Source: Cellvibrio sp.
GTDB lineage: Bacteria; Pseudomonadota; Gammaproteobacteria; Pseudomonadales; Cellvibrionaceae
Direction of reading: 5' to 3'
Assembly: GCF_039207905.1 (NCBI RefSeq)
Contig: NZ_JBCECX010000007.1
Span: 62,467-126,466, forward strand
Length of the DNA stretch: 64,000 bases
The notes under the pieces were generated by a model, which was not told the DNA's origin, did not search any database, and saw only the letters and a list, made by a program, of their open reading frames with translations. Below are positions 17,890 to 26,039 of this stretch, in pieces. Made by a program: the position numbers and the translations under genes. Positions within the stretch are counted from its first letter, which is position 1, and each line of letters opens with the position of its first letter.

Positions 17890-19692
17890 CTATAACTGGC
17901 GATCCTTACTAAACAACTCCTTCAACTCCATCCGGCTTTGTTTAACTAACTGCGCTAATTCCTTCGGATCTTTACTCACCGCAATCGCTTGATTGATTAA
18001 GCTCTGATCGTGCTCGCGGAAAATATCAATCGCATTTTGTGATTGTCCTTCGGTATATCCCACTTCGGTAAGCGTACGCATGGCCGCACTCAAGCTGGAT
18101 TCATAAATTTCGCGGATAGGTTTCTCTACTCCTAACTCAACTAATTGGTAGGCATGGGCGCGGTCACGCGCACGCACAATCAAGGTGATATGTGGGAAAT
18201 GTGTTTTAACCAGACGAGTTACTTCTAGCGATGCCTCAATGCTCACCAGTGCGATCACCAGCACTTTTGCATCGCGTATGCCCGCCGCTTCCAATAACTC
18301 AATGCGGGTAGCATCGCCGTAATAACTGCGCACGCCGTAATTTTTTAAGAACTCAATATGATCGGGATTTTTATCCAACGCATTAAACGGGATATTACTG
18401 GCAGTGAGAATACGGCCAATAATTTGACCAAAGCGACCAAAGCCCGCAATGATCACTTCCGCTTTATGCCCATCAGGTTCATTTAATTCTTTGAGGGAGT
18501 TTTCTGCTTGTTGCGCTTCATGCTGCGCGCTTTCCTGCATGGTGCGCTTGCGGGTTGCAAACTCATATAACATCACCAAAGGACTGGTCAGTGCCATAGA
18601 AATGCCCACCACCAACACCACATAGTTACCAATCTCTTTCGGAATAAATGCAGATTGCTCTGCAGTCGCCATCACCACAAAAGCAAATTCACCACCTTGT
18701 GCGAGCATAACGCCCATCAACAATCCTTCCTTCAAAGGAAATTTACGGAGGCGCAGGATCAATGCAACTACCGATACTTTTACCAACATCAATGTAAGTG
18801 CAAGCAACAGAATTAAAAACGGTTCGGCAAACAATAAGCGTAAGTTGAGTGACATTCCCACCGCGATAAAAAACAAACCCAACAGCAAACCTTTGAAAGG
18901 TTCTATATCGGCAGCCAATTGATGGCGAAAGCTGGACTGCGCAAGCAACATGCCTGCGAGGAATGCCCCCATACTCATGGAGAAACCCACCAACTGCATT
19001 AAGTAAGCAACACTCAATACAATTAATAAACCGGCAGCGGTAAGAATCTCACGGCTACCGTACTTAGCAACAATTTGCAGCAGCGGGTTAAAAATTCGCG
19101 CGCCCGCCAATAACAAAAATGCGACAGTGCACAACCCCAACCACCAAGGCACATGATGTTCGGTATCAGCGGAAGGTGCCCAGTTGGCGAGCAATAATAA
19201 GATCGGGATTACCGCGAGATCCTGCAACAGTAGAATCGAAAAACCTTTTCGCCCAATCGGCACACCCATTATTTTGTGCTCTTCCATTAGCGGCACAGCA
19301 AATGCAGTGGATGAGAGCGCCAGCGCAAGGCCAATCATAAAACCCTGTTGCCAGGTCAGATCAAAAAAGATGGCGATTAACGCCATAATTGCGGATGCGG
19401 TCAGCAACATTTGCGCACTGCCCAGCACCCCCACATCCAAACGCATCTTCCACAACTGTTGCGGATTTAATTCCAAGCCAATTACAAACAACAGCAGCAC
19501 CACACCCAATTCGGAAAATTGAAAGGTCGCTTCCGGGCGATAAATCAAACCCAATTCATAAGGCCCAATGATTGCACCGGCAACCAGATAACCGAGAATC
19601 GCCCCCAAACCAAGACGACGGAACAAAGGCACAGCAATAGTAGCGGCCAACAAATAATAAATAGCGTGAAGGAGTGTTTCCTGGTGATGCAT
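17890..19692 (-). CDS. kefB: Glutathione-regulated K+ efflux / CPA2 cation:proton antiporter with a KTN (TrkA-N) domain
   Basis: About 12 TM segments of a Na+/H+ exchanger-type domain, followed by a Rossmann motif (VIIAGFGRFGQIIGRIL). Size is 600 aa. The choice between KefB and KefC is not resolvable from this sequence. Confidence 0.85.
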   Translation of the reverse strand: MHHQETLLHAIYYLLAATIAVPLFRRLGLGAILGYLVAGAIIGPYELGLIYRPEATFQFSELGVVLLLFVIGLELNPQQLWKMRLDVGVLGSAQMLLTASAIMALIAIFFDLTWQQGFMIGLALALSSTAFAVPLMEEHKIMGVPIGRKGFSILLLQDLAVIPILLLLANWAPSADTEHHVPWWLGLCTVAFLLLAGARIFNPLLQIVAKYGSREILTAAGLLIVLSVAYLMQLVGFSMSMGAFLAGMLLAQSSFRHQLAADIEPFKGLLLGLFFIAVGMSLNLRLLFAEPFLILLLALTLMLVKVSVVALILRLRKFPLKEGLLMGVMLAQGGEFAFVVMATAEQSAFIPKEIGNYVVLVVGISMALTSPLVMLYEFATRKRTMQESAQHEAQQAENSLKELNEPDGHKAEVIIAGFGRFGQIIGRILTASNIPFNALDKNPDHIEFLKNYGVRSYYGDATRIELLEAAGIRDAKVLVIALVSIEASLEVTRLVKTHFPHITLIVRARDRAHAYQLVELGVEKPIREIYESSLSAAMRTLTEVGYTEGQSQNAIDIFREHDQSLINQAIAVSKDPKELAQLVKQSRMELKELFSKDRQL

Positions 19693-19728
19693 TGAACTGA
19701 CTCTTGAAAAATAAAATGGGTTGGCGGA

Positions 19729-20418
19729 TTACATCTTCAACAATTCATCGACGGTGACAAAGGTATAACCCTTGGCTTTTAGTCCGCGAATAATAAGGGG
19801 AACTGCATCCATCGACGCTTGACGGGAATCAAACATGACATGCAATAAAATAATAGAACCCGGCTTAACCTGGTCAAGCGCATACTGCGCCATTGCCTGG
19901 CTATCATTCGCGATTGCATCGTCTTTTTCAGGCTCTACATCCCAGGTAATTGTAGTAATTCCCTGTTGCTGCAAATACCAAGGCAAGATAAATAATTTTT
20001 TACCGTAGGGTGGGCGGAAAACAATTTCACCTTCATATCCAACCGAACGTATCAGCTGGTTGGTTTTTTCAACTTCATCTTCAATCGTTTGATAGCTGAG
20101 AAATACCATGCGCTTATGCGAGCAAGAGTGATTTGCAATTTGATGCCCCGCTGCAATCAACTGCCGCGCAGCTTCAGGATGCTGCGCAATGCTCTCTCCG
20201 GTTAAAAAGAAAGTGGCTTTGTTTTCGCCAAGCAAATTGATGATTTTTCCGGTGTGTTTAGTGGGGCCATCATCAAATGTTAATGCGACGACTTTTTCAG
20301 TGGTTTCAACCCGACTAACCAGCTTGCCAAAAACCTGATATTCACGGCTTCGGCTCAACTGGAACAACAAGGCCACAATCACCAGCAAACTTATCACTGC
20401 AACAATAATTTTCTTCAA
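19729..20418 (-). CDS. Membrane-anchored polysaccharide deacetylase (CE4/NodB homology)
   Basis: N-terminal anchor, then VALTFDDGP, ANHSCSH and FRPPYG motifs. Confidence 0.8.
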   Translation of the reverse strand: MKKIIVAVISLLVIVALLFQLSRSREYQVFGKLVSRVETTEKVVALTFDDGPTKHTGKIINLLGENKATFFLTGESIAQHPEAARQLIAAGHQIANHSCSHKRMVFLSYQTIEDEVEKTNQLIRSVGYEGEIVFRPPYGKKLFILPWYLQQQGITTITWDVEPEKDDAIANDSQAMAQYALDQVKPGSIILLHVMFDSRQASMDAVPLIIRGLKAKGYTFVTVDELLKM

Positions 20419-20462
20419 CTGCTATTCCCTACCAAATATACCTGAGCGATAACTATCCGTGA

Positions 20463-20825
20463 TTAATGATCACGCCCATTAAAATGATTGACCGGAATTT
20501 TTTCCAACTCGATATTTTCAATACAGCGAATGTTGAGCGCAATGGTCCGGTTACCTTTGGGATCAGTGCCTTCAGCGTAAGGACTCACGCCGCAAATTTT
20601 GCAAAACTTGTGATGGATTACATGCTTGTTAAAGGTGTAGTCGCCTACATTTTCGCCAGACCCCAACAAGGTAAATTGATCTGCCGGAAAAAACGACAGT
20701 AGAGTCCCCTTGCGCTGGCATATAGAACAATTGCATGACAATGCACTATCAATATTTCCTTCCACTTCAAATTTAATATTGCCGCAATGGCAACTGCCGT
20801 GATAATTCATATAGGCTCCCGTCAT
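20463..20825 (-). CDS. GFA (glutathione-dependent formaldehyde-activating/CENP-V-like) family protein
   Basis: Zinc-binding Cys pattern: CHCGNIKFE, CNCSICQRKG, FCKICG. Confidence 0.8.
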   Translation of the reverse strand: MTGAYMNYHGSCHCGNIKFEVEGNIDSALSCNCSICQRKGTLLSFFPADQFTLLGSGENVGDYTFNKHVIHHKFCKICGVSPYAEGTDPKGNRTIALNIRCIENIELEKIPVNHFNGRDH

Positions 20826-20998
20826 TGATAAAAATTGAAAAGCTGTGGTCTGTTTATTAACGACTGACTATAAATGGATTCCGACGGATAAAGAAGAGGC
20901 ACCTAAGCCCGCACGGATCACCCACCGACTCATTAAAGGTTAGCTCGTAAGGCGCTAAAACCGGCCAAACCAAACACAGAAAATATTTTTCGCTCCCT

Positions 20999-21025
20999 TG
21001 TCGATTTTGAGTTTCGCTGTACGAC
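20999..21025 (+). promoter_or_regulatory. Candidate ECF42-type promoter (TGTCGA-N17-CGAC) upstream of the DUF1428 operon
   Basis: The sequence is ccctTGTCGAttttgagtttcgctgtaCGACtac, about 125 nt upstream of the ATG at 21150. It resembles the TGTCGA(-35)/CG[A/T]C(-10) motif reported for ECF42, as recalled from memory. Confidence 0.45.
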
Positions 21026-21149
21026 TACTCTATGAAAAACGACAAAACTCCACCTGAAGGAGCTTTCACATCGCAAAAAATGACTCAATTTTCAATGATT
21101 TAACGAAAAACATGACCAACCTAACTGGAAATCTGGAAGGAGAATCAAA

Positions 21150-21515
21150 ATGACTCATTATGCCGATTGTTTTTTGCTACCAATAGCACCGGAAAAAATT
21201 CCCGAGTACCAACAAATGGCCAGCAAATCAGGCGCTGTTTGGAAAGAGCATGGCGCAATTGCCTATTGGGAATGCCTGGCTGAAGATCTTGAGCACCACG
21301 ACATGACATCGTTCCGCACCTCCGCGGGCTGCAAAGATAATGAAACCGTTGTCATCGCCTGGATTATCTACCCATCGCGCGAAGAACGTGACCGCATTAA
21401 CGCGCTGGTGATGGCCGACCCGCGCCTGAACGAAATGTGCAACAAAGACAATCCACCGTTTGATTTCAAACGCATGGCCTACGGCGGATTTAAAAGCATA
21501 GTACGTTACGAATAA
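21150..21515 (+). CDS. DUF1428 family protein
   Basis: N-terminus (YADCFLLPIAPEKIPEYQQMASKSGAVWKEHGAI.YWEC) and the ~120-aa size are typical of DUF1428. SD-like ggaaggag lies upstream. Confidence 0.7.
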   Translation: MTHYADCFLLPIAPEKIPEYQQMASKSGAVWKEHGAIAYWECLAEDLEHHDMTSFRTSAGCKDNETVVIAWIIYPSREERDRINALVMADPRLNEMCNKDNPPFDFKRMAYGGFKSIVRYE

Positions 21516-21573
21516 CAACACGCTACGAATAATTTAACTCAACACGCTTATAACATCGACAAAGGACAAGATC

Positions 21574-21981
21574 ATGCCAACCCAAGTATTTGTTAATTTC
21601 CCAGTGAAAGATCTGGAAAAATCCAAAGCATTTTTTTCGCATCTCGGTTACACCTTTAATCCGCAGTTTACCGACGAAAGTGCGGCTTGTATGGTGATTA
21701 GCGATACGATTTATTCCATGCTGGTAACCGAGCCAAAATTTAAAACCTTTACCTCCAAAGAAATTGCCAATGGCCATGCAAGCAAAGAAGTTATTGTTTG
21801 CTTGTCATGTGAAAGCCGCGCAAAAGTAGATGACACCATCAGCAGAGCAGTAGCTGCTGGCGGCAAAGCTTGGCCAACGGAGCCATTGGATTACGGCTTT
21901 ATGTATTACCACGGCTTTGAAGATTTGGATGGTCACCACTGGGAAATTATGTATATGGACCCAGCCCACGTTCAGGCATAA
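21574..21981 (+). CDS. VOC (glyoxalase/bleomycin-resistance/dioxygenase fold) family protein
   Basis: Sequence VFVNFPVKDLEKSKAFFSHLGY...DLDGHHWEIMYMD matches the typical VOC/PhnB-like pattern. Confidence 0.75.
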   Translation: MPTQVFVNFPVKDLEKSKAFFSHLGYTFNPQFTDESAACMVISDTIYSMLVTEPKFKTFTSKEIANGHASKEVIVCLSCESRAKVDDTISRAVAAGGKAWPTEPLDYGFMYYHGFEDLDGHHWEIMYMDPAHVQA

Positions 21982-22041
21982 TCTTTCCACAAAGCGCTGG
22001 CAACACCGGCGCAATTTCCAATAAGTATTTGCGAGGGCAAG

Positions 22042-22428
22042 ATGAAATATTTATGCATGGTTTATTACGATGAAAACATCATCAACAATATGACCTCCAA
22101 TGAGTGGAAAGCGCTGAACAGTGAATGTGAAGCCTGCGGCCAGAATTTACGTGATAGCGGAAAAATGATTGGTGGCAACGCATTGCATCCTTCAACCACC
22201 GCGACCAGCTTACGCATTCGCGACGGCAAACCATTGATTACCGATGGCCCTTTTGCTGAAACCAAAGAGCAATTGGCAGGATTTTATTTACTGGATGCAC
22301 GCGATTTAAATGAGGCCATTCAACTCGCCAGCAAAATTCCACCGGCGCGTCTAGGCACTATAGAAATCCGCCCGATCCGCGAATTGGATTCAACAAAAGA
22401 TGAACGACACCAACAACACTTTGCCTGA
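22042..22428 (+). CDS. YCII-related (DGPF-motif) protein
   Basis: MKYLCMVYYDE... followed by ITDGPFAETKEQLAGFYLLDARDLNEAIQLA. This is the protein family that normally accompanies ECF42 sigma factors. Confidence 0.8.
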   Translation: MKYLCMVYYDENIINNMTSNEWKALNSECEACGQNLRDSGKMIGGNALHPSTTATSLRIRDGKPLITDGPFAETKEQLAGFYLLDARDLNEAIQLASKIPPARLGTIEIRPIRELDSTKDERHQQHFA

Positions 22429-22915
22429 TACATCAAGCAGCGTTGCAGCACCGCGCATCGAACAAGCCGGCCCATTATTGGTAGCAGGCTTGCGCGAGCA
22501 ACTTGACGAACATATGGCAGAAAAAATCCCGCAGTTGTGGAAAACACTCGTTGCTTGCTGGGATGAAATTCCCCAGCGCGTTGGGTCGGCTGATTACGGT
22601 TTATGTATTCGCGTAGATGACTGCGAGTATTACTATATGGCCGCATGCTCTGTGTGGGACTTTACCGGACTGCCTGAAAAATTTAGCCCGTTTATTATCC
22701 CATCGCAAACTTACGCGGTGTTTGTGCATCAAGGGTCAGTGCGACTTCTTTGCAACACCATTGATTATGCATTTGATCAATGGCTGCCCGAATCCGGTTA
22801 TCAACATGCAGCGGCGCTAGATAATCGCTTGCACTTTTTTGAGCGCTATGGCGAGCAATTTAATCCGGAAATCGGCGAAGGCGATATTGAAATTTGGTTG
22901 CCGATTACAAAATAA
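22400..22915 (+). CDS. GyrI-like small-molecule-binding domain protein
   Basis: Pattern LVAGLRE....IPQLW..L.......YGLC......YYMAA... ..VF.H.G ... FERYGE.F......DIEIWLPI. Its start overlaps the YCII gene by 29 nt. Confidence 0.65.
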   Translation: MNDTNNTLPDTSSSVAAPRIEQAGPLLVAGLREQLDEHMAEKIPQLWKTLVACWDEIPQRVGSADYGLCIRVDDCEYYYMAACSVWDFTGLPEKFSPFIIPSQTYAVFVHQGSVRLLCNTIDYAFDQWLPESGYQHAAALDNRLHFFERYGEQFNPEIGEGDIEIWLPITK

Positions 22916-22949
22916 AAAACCTGTCGCATCTTATGCGACAGGTTTTTTA
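22914..22949 (+). terminator. Rho-independent terminator of the DUF1428-VOC-YCII-GyrI operon
   Basis: 10-bp stem (acctgtcgca / tgcgacaggt) followed by TTTTTT. Confidence 0.85.
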
Positions 22950-22982
22950 TCCAGCAGATAACAATAGCGCTTGCGTCTGCAT

Positions 22983-23846
22983 CTACCAATTCATTTCGCC
23001 AGTAGCAACCTTGGCACTAATTACCATACCGTCATCGACGGGCAATTGTGGATAAGCTTTTTTTAATGCATCAACTAATTGAGTCGATGTGGGCTTATTC
23101 ACTAGCAATTTTTCATAAGCTTGCAAATATTCGCGACTGAATAACACGGCAGCATCCCCCTTGGGAACTGTGCCAATGTAGTGACCGGGAATGACAGTCG
23201 CAGGATTAAGCGCAGACAATGTTGTTAGCGCCCTGATCCACTCAGCACGCGCCGCTTTGGATTGTGTATCAGCAGTCCACAAATGAATACCACTACTGAC
23301 CAGCACACCACCCACAACCGCTTTAATTGATGGCACCCACAAATAGGCGTTGTGGGTATTGATCTCGCGCACCTCAATACTGTGGTTTTCAAGCGTCAAT
23401 CTGGTGCGGTCAAATACCTTCGGCACAAACACTTTCTTTGGTGCTTGCTCACCAAGAATTGGCCCCCAGTATTTCAGTTTTGCATCTTTGGTGTGCTCGA
23501 TATGTTCGACCACATTGCGACTCGCAATAATATCGGCATCGGGGAAAGCGGCAACGATAGGCTCTAAACCAAAGTAGTAATCAGGATCGCCAGCACTGAT
23601 ATAAATTTGCGTGAGTTTTTTACCGCTGGCGCGAATAAGATCAACCAATGCCTTTCCATCACCCACACCAAATTGTGCATCAACCAAAATGGCTTCTTTC
23701 TCGCCGGTTATCAGCGTTGATGACACAGGGAAAATACCTTTTTCCTGTGGATTATACGTTGCGATATGCAAATCGGCCGCCTGTGCAATTGATGCTCCCA
23801 ACAACACACTGGCAGCGATAGCCACTGCGCTAAACGTGCGTTTCAT
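22983..23846 (-). CDS. Periplasmic MBL-fold protein with a degenerate HxHxDH motif
   Basis: Signal peptide ending AQAAD. The MBL-like core (ILVDAQ...QIYISAGDPDYYFG) has no His residues where THxHxDH is expected. Later His residues (GIHLW, IPGHY) are retained. Confidence 0.55.
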   Translation of the reverse strand: MKRTFSAVAIAASVLLGASIAQAADLHIATYNPQEKGIFPVSSTLITGEKEAILVDAQFGVGDGKALVDLIRASGKKLTQIYISAGDPDYYFGLEPIVAAFPDADIIASRNVVEHIEHTKDAKLKYWGPILGEQAPKKVFVPKVFDRTRLTLENHSIEVREINTHNAYLWVPSIKAVVGGVLVSSGIHLWTADTQSKAARAEWIRALTTLSALNPATVIPGHYIGTVPKGDAAVLFSREYLQAYEKLLVNKPTSTQLVDALKKAYPQLPVDDGMVISAKVATGEMNW

Positions 23847-23965
23847 ACTCTATACCCTGCGATTAAGTTGTCTTGTTACTGCTTTGATTGCCAGTGTAAT
23901 ATTTCAAAAACAAATCATATATCGCACTTGACGAACAACACTGTTTCAAAAACCGAGCAAATAAC

Positions 23966-24856
23966 ATGGACAAACTGACCGCCATGCGCGTGTTTAGCCA
24001 AATAGCCGTTACCGGCAGCTTTAGCGCAACTGCCGAGCAAATGGCACTATCGCGCGCGATGGTGAGCCGCTACGTGAGCGAACTGGAAGAATGGTTGAAT
24101 CAGCGACTTCTGCAGCGCACCACGCGTAACGTCACCCTCACCGCAGCAGGCGAACAATTTTTACAGCGCTGCGAGCAAATTTTGGCACTGACAGATGAAA
24201 CACTGGAAGCCGCAACAATGCCGGATAGCGAATTGCGTGGCCAGTTACGGCTAGCCTGCAGCGCGACCTTTGCTTATTCCCAATTGGCGAGCGCCATTGC
24301 TGATTTTCAATCGCTACATCCCGGATTGAATATTGATATGAATGTGAGTGATGCCAGCATCAATTTAATTGATGCGCGTATTGATCTCGCCATACGTATT
24401 AGCAACACACCGGACCCGATGCTAATTGCACGACGCCTCGCGAGCTGCGCATCCGTATTGGTTGCGTCACCTGCTTATTTAGAAAAATACGGCATACCGG
24501 AATCGCCTGATTCGCTGGTGAACCACCGCTGTATGTCGCACGCCACTACCGGAAAATATTTATGGCAATTTACCCGCGCAAACCAGGTTTCCAAGGTTGA
24601 AATTCACAGCCATTTTTCCGCTAATGATGCAGCTGTATTGCTGCACGCGGCTCTGGCGGGCGGTGGAATTACCTTACAGCCCAGCTATCTTGCCAATTGT
24701 TATATTGCTGCCGGAACACTGGTGCCATTGTTAACCGAATGGTCGGTACCAAAACTGGAAATCAATGCGCTCTATCCATCGCGCCATCATCTACCAATGC
24801 GCGTGCGCAAGTTCCTTGATTTTTTAGTGGTGCGTTTTGAATCAGAACCCTGGTAA
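23966..24856 (+). CDS. LysR-family transcriptional regulator
   Basis: N-terminal HTH (FSATAEQMALSRAMVSRYVSELEEWLNQRLLQRTTR) plus a substrate-binding domain. Divergent from the MBL-fold gene. Confidence 0.9.
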   Translation: MDKLTAMRVFSQIAVTGSFSATAEQMALSRAMVSRYVSELEEWLNQRLLQRTTRNVTLTAAGEQFLQRCEQILALTDETLEAATMPDSELRGQLRLACSATFAYSQLASAIADFQSLHPGLNIDMNVSDASINLIDARIDLAIRISNTPDPMLIARRLASCASVLVASPAYLEKYGIPESPDSLVNHRCMSHATTGKYLWQFTRANQVSKVEIHSHFSANDAAVLLHAALAGGGITLQPSYLANCYIAAGTLVPLLTEWSVPKLEINALYPSRHHLPMRVRKFLDFLVVRFESEPW

Positions 24857-24865
24857 TTTTTACTA

Positions 24866-25267
24866 TCAAGCATCCCACTCCATATACCCATGAATAGCGG
24901 CATATTCGTAAGTGGTTATTTCAAATGGATTACCATCGGGGTCACGAAAATAGATTGACCACGAAAGATCATGATCGATAGGATTTACCGATATTCCCTT
25001 GTCATTCAAATGTTCGATCCAGGCAAAGAAATTTTCTGCAGTAACACTAAACGCTATTACTGTATTTTGGATGTTCTCTGACTCAAACAGCGCCAGATGG
25101 ATATTCCCCTGAGCATTGCCGATAGTTAACGGCCCCTTATCTGTCGCCCACTTATCAAATTCGGCAACCCGCTCAAAACCCAATACATCTTTGTACCACT
25201 GTTCTGCCAGCTTGCGGTCTTTAACCGACACATGAACATGATCGATTAGCATTAAATTGGGAGCCAT
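24866..25267 (-). CDS. VOC/glyoxalase-fold protein
   Basis: IDHVHVSVKDRKLAEQWYKDVLGF...YFRDPDGNPFEI. Confidence 0.75.
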   Translation of the reverse strand: MAPNLMLIDHVHVSVKDRKLAEQWYKDVLGFERVAEFDKWATDKGPLTIGNAQGNIHLALFESENIQNTVIAFSVTAENFFAWIEHLNDKGISVNPIDHDLSWSIYFRDPDGNPFEITTYEYAAIHGYMEWDA

Positions 25268-25299
25268 ATTAGTTACCTACCTGTATCAATCTCATGACA

Positions 25300-25926
25300 T
25301 TAAATGTCGAATACACAACGTACTGCACACTCTATATCGCTATGCACTGCTGCGGGACTCAATGCACGCTCAAAGAGATAAAAATCATTGGGTGCATTTT
25401 CTTTCATCCAGACAAATGATTTTTTCGGCCCTTGATACCATAACTGCCGCAAGTCGAAATAATCTTCCAATATTGTGGTGAGCAACCAGACACGACGGTA
25501 ATTACCCTCGATGTCATCACGCTGAATACGCGCCAGCATTTTTGCAGCCCATTGTTCGCGCACTGCTATTTCCTGTTCAGTAAGAACAGCAGGGCCAGCA
25601 TCAAACAACTTATCCAAGTCAGCCAAAAAGTCGTCCGCATGATTAGACTTTTGCACAAGAATTTGGCTACTGCGTAACTTCAAATACTCTTTTGTTGGCG
25701 ATGCCAAAAGTGCCTCTGGGTAAACAAACACATCCCAATAAGCATCGTCAATAAATTCGTTATTGCGAATTTCATGTTCTACCGCTGCAAATGCGGCAAC
25801 ATCATAGTCGCTATCGGCTGTTGCTGAACCATCCGCACGCGAGCCATACAGCAAAATAGTATGTGCGCCGTATTGGGCTACCAGATAATCGATAATTTTT
25901 ACCAAAACGGGATCAGTTGAGGGCAT
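25300..25926 (-). CDS. Pol-beta-superfamily nucleotidyltransferase domain protein with a helical C-terminal domain
   Basis: G-S...D-x-D motif (LLYGSRADGSATADSDYDV). The start was chosen at the ATG at 25926; the GTG at 25971 is an alternative. Confidence 0.65.
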   Translation of the reverse strand: MPSTDPVLVKIIDYLVAQYGAHTILLYGSRADGSATADSDYDVAAFAAVEHEIRNNEFIDDAYWDVFVYPEALLASPTKEYLKLRSSQILVQKSNHADDFLADLDKLFDAGPAVLTEQEIAVREQWAAKMLARIQRDDIEGNYRRVWLLTTILEDYFDLRQLWYQGPKKSFVWMKENAPNDFYLFERALSPAAVHSDIECAVRCVFDI

Positions 25927-25984
25927 GTTTTTTGGCCTGATAAAAAACTGATCATACGATAGTAAATTCACTAGTGGTTTACAA

Positions 25985-26017
25985 TAAAAAACGGAGAGGT
26001 ATTCCTCTCCGTTTTTG
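25985..26017 (-). terminator. Rho-independent terminator downstream of the FtsZ/tubulin-like gene
   Basis: 9-bp stem (acggagagg / cctctccgt) with loop tatt. An A-run on the plus strand gives the U-tract on the minus strand. Confidence 0.8.
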
Positions 26018-26039
26018 GGTGGTGTATATCAGCAAACGA

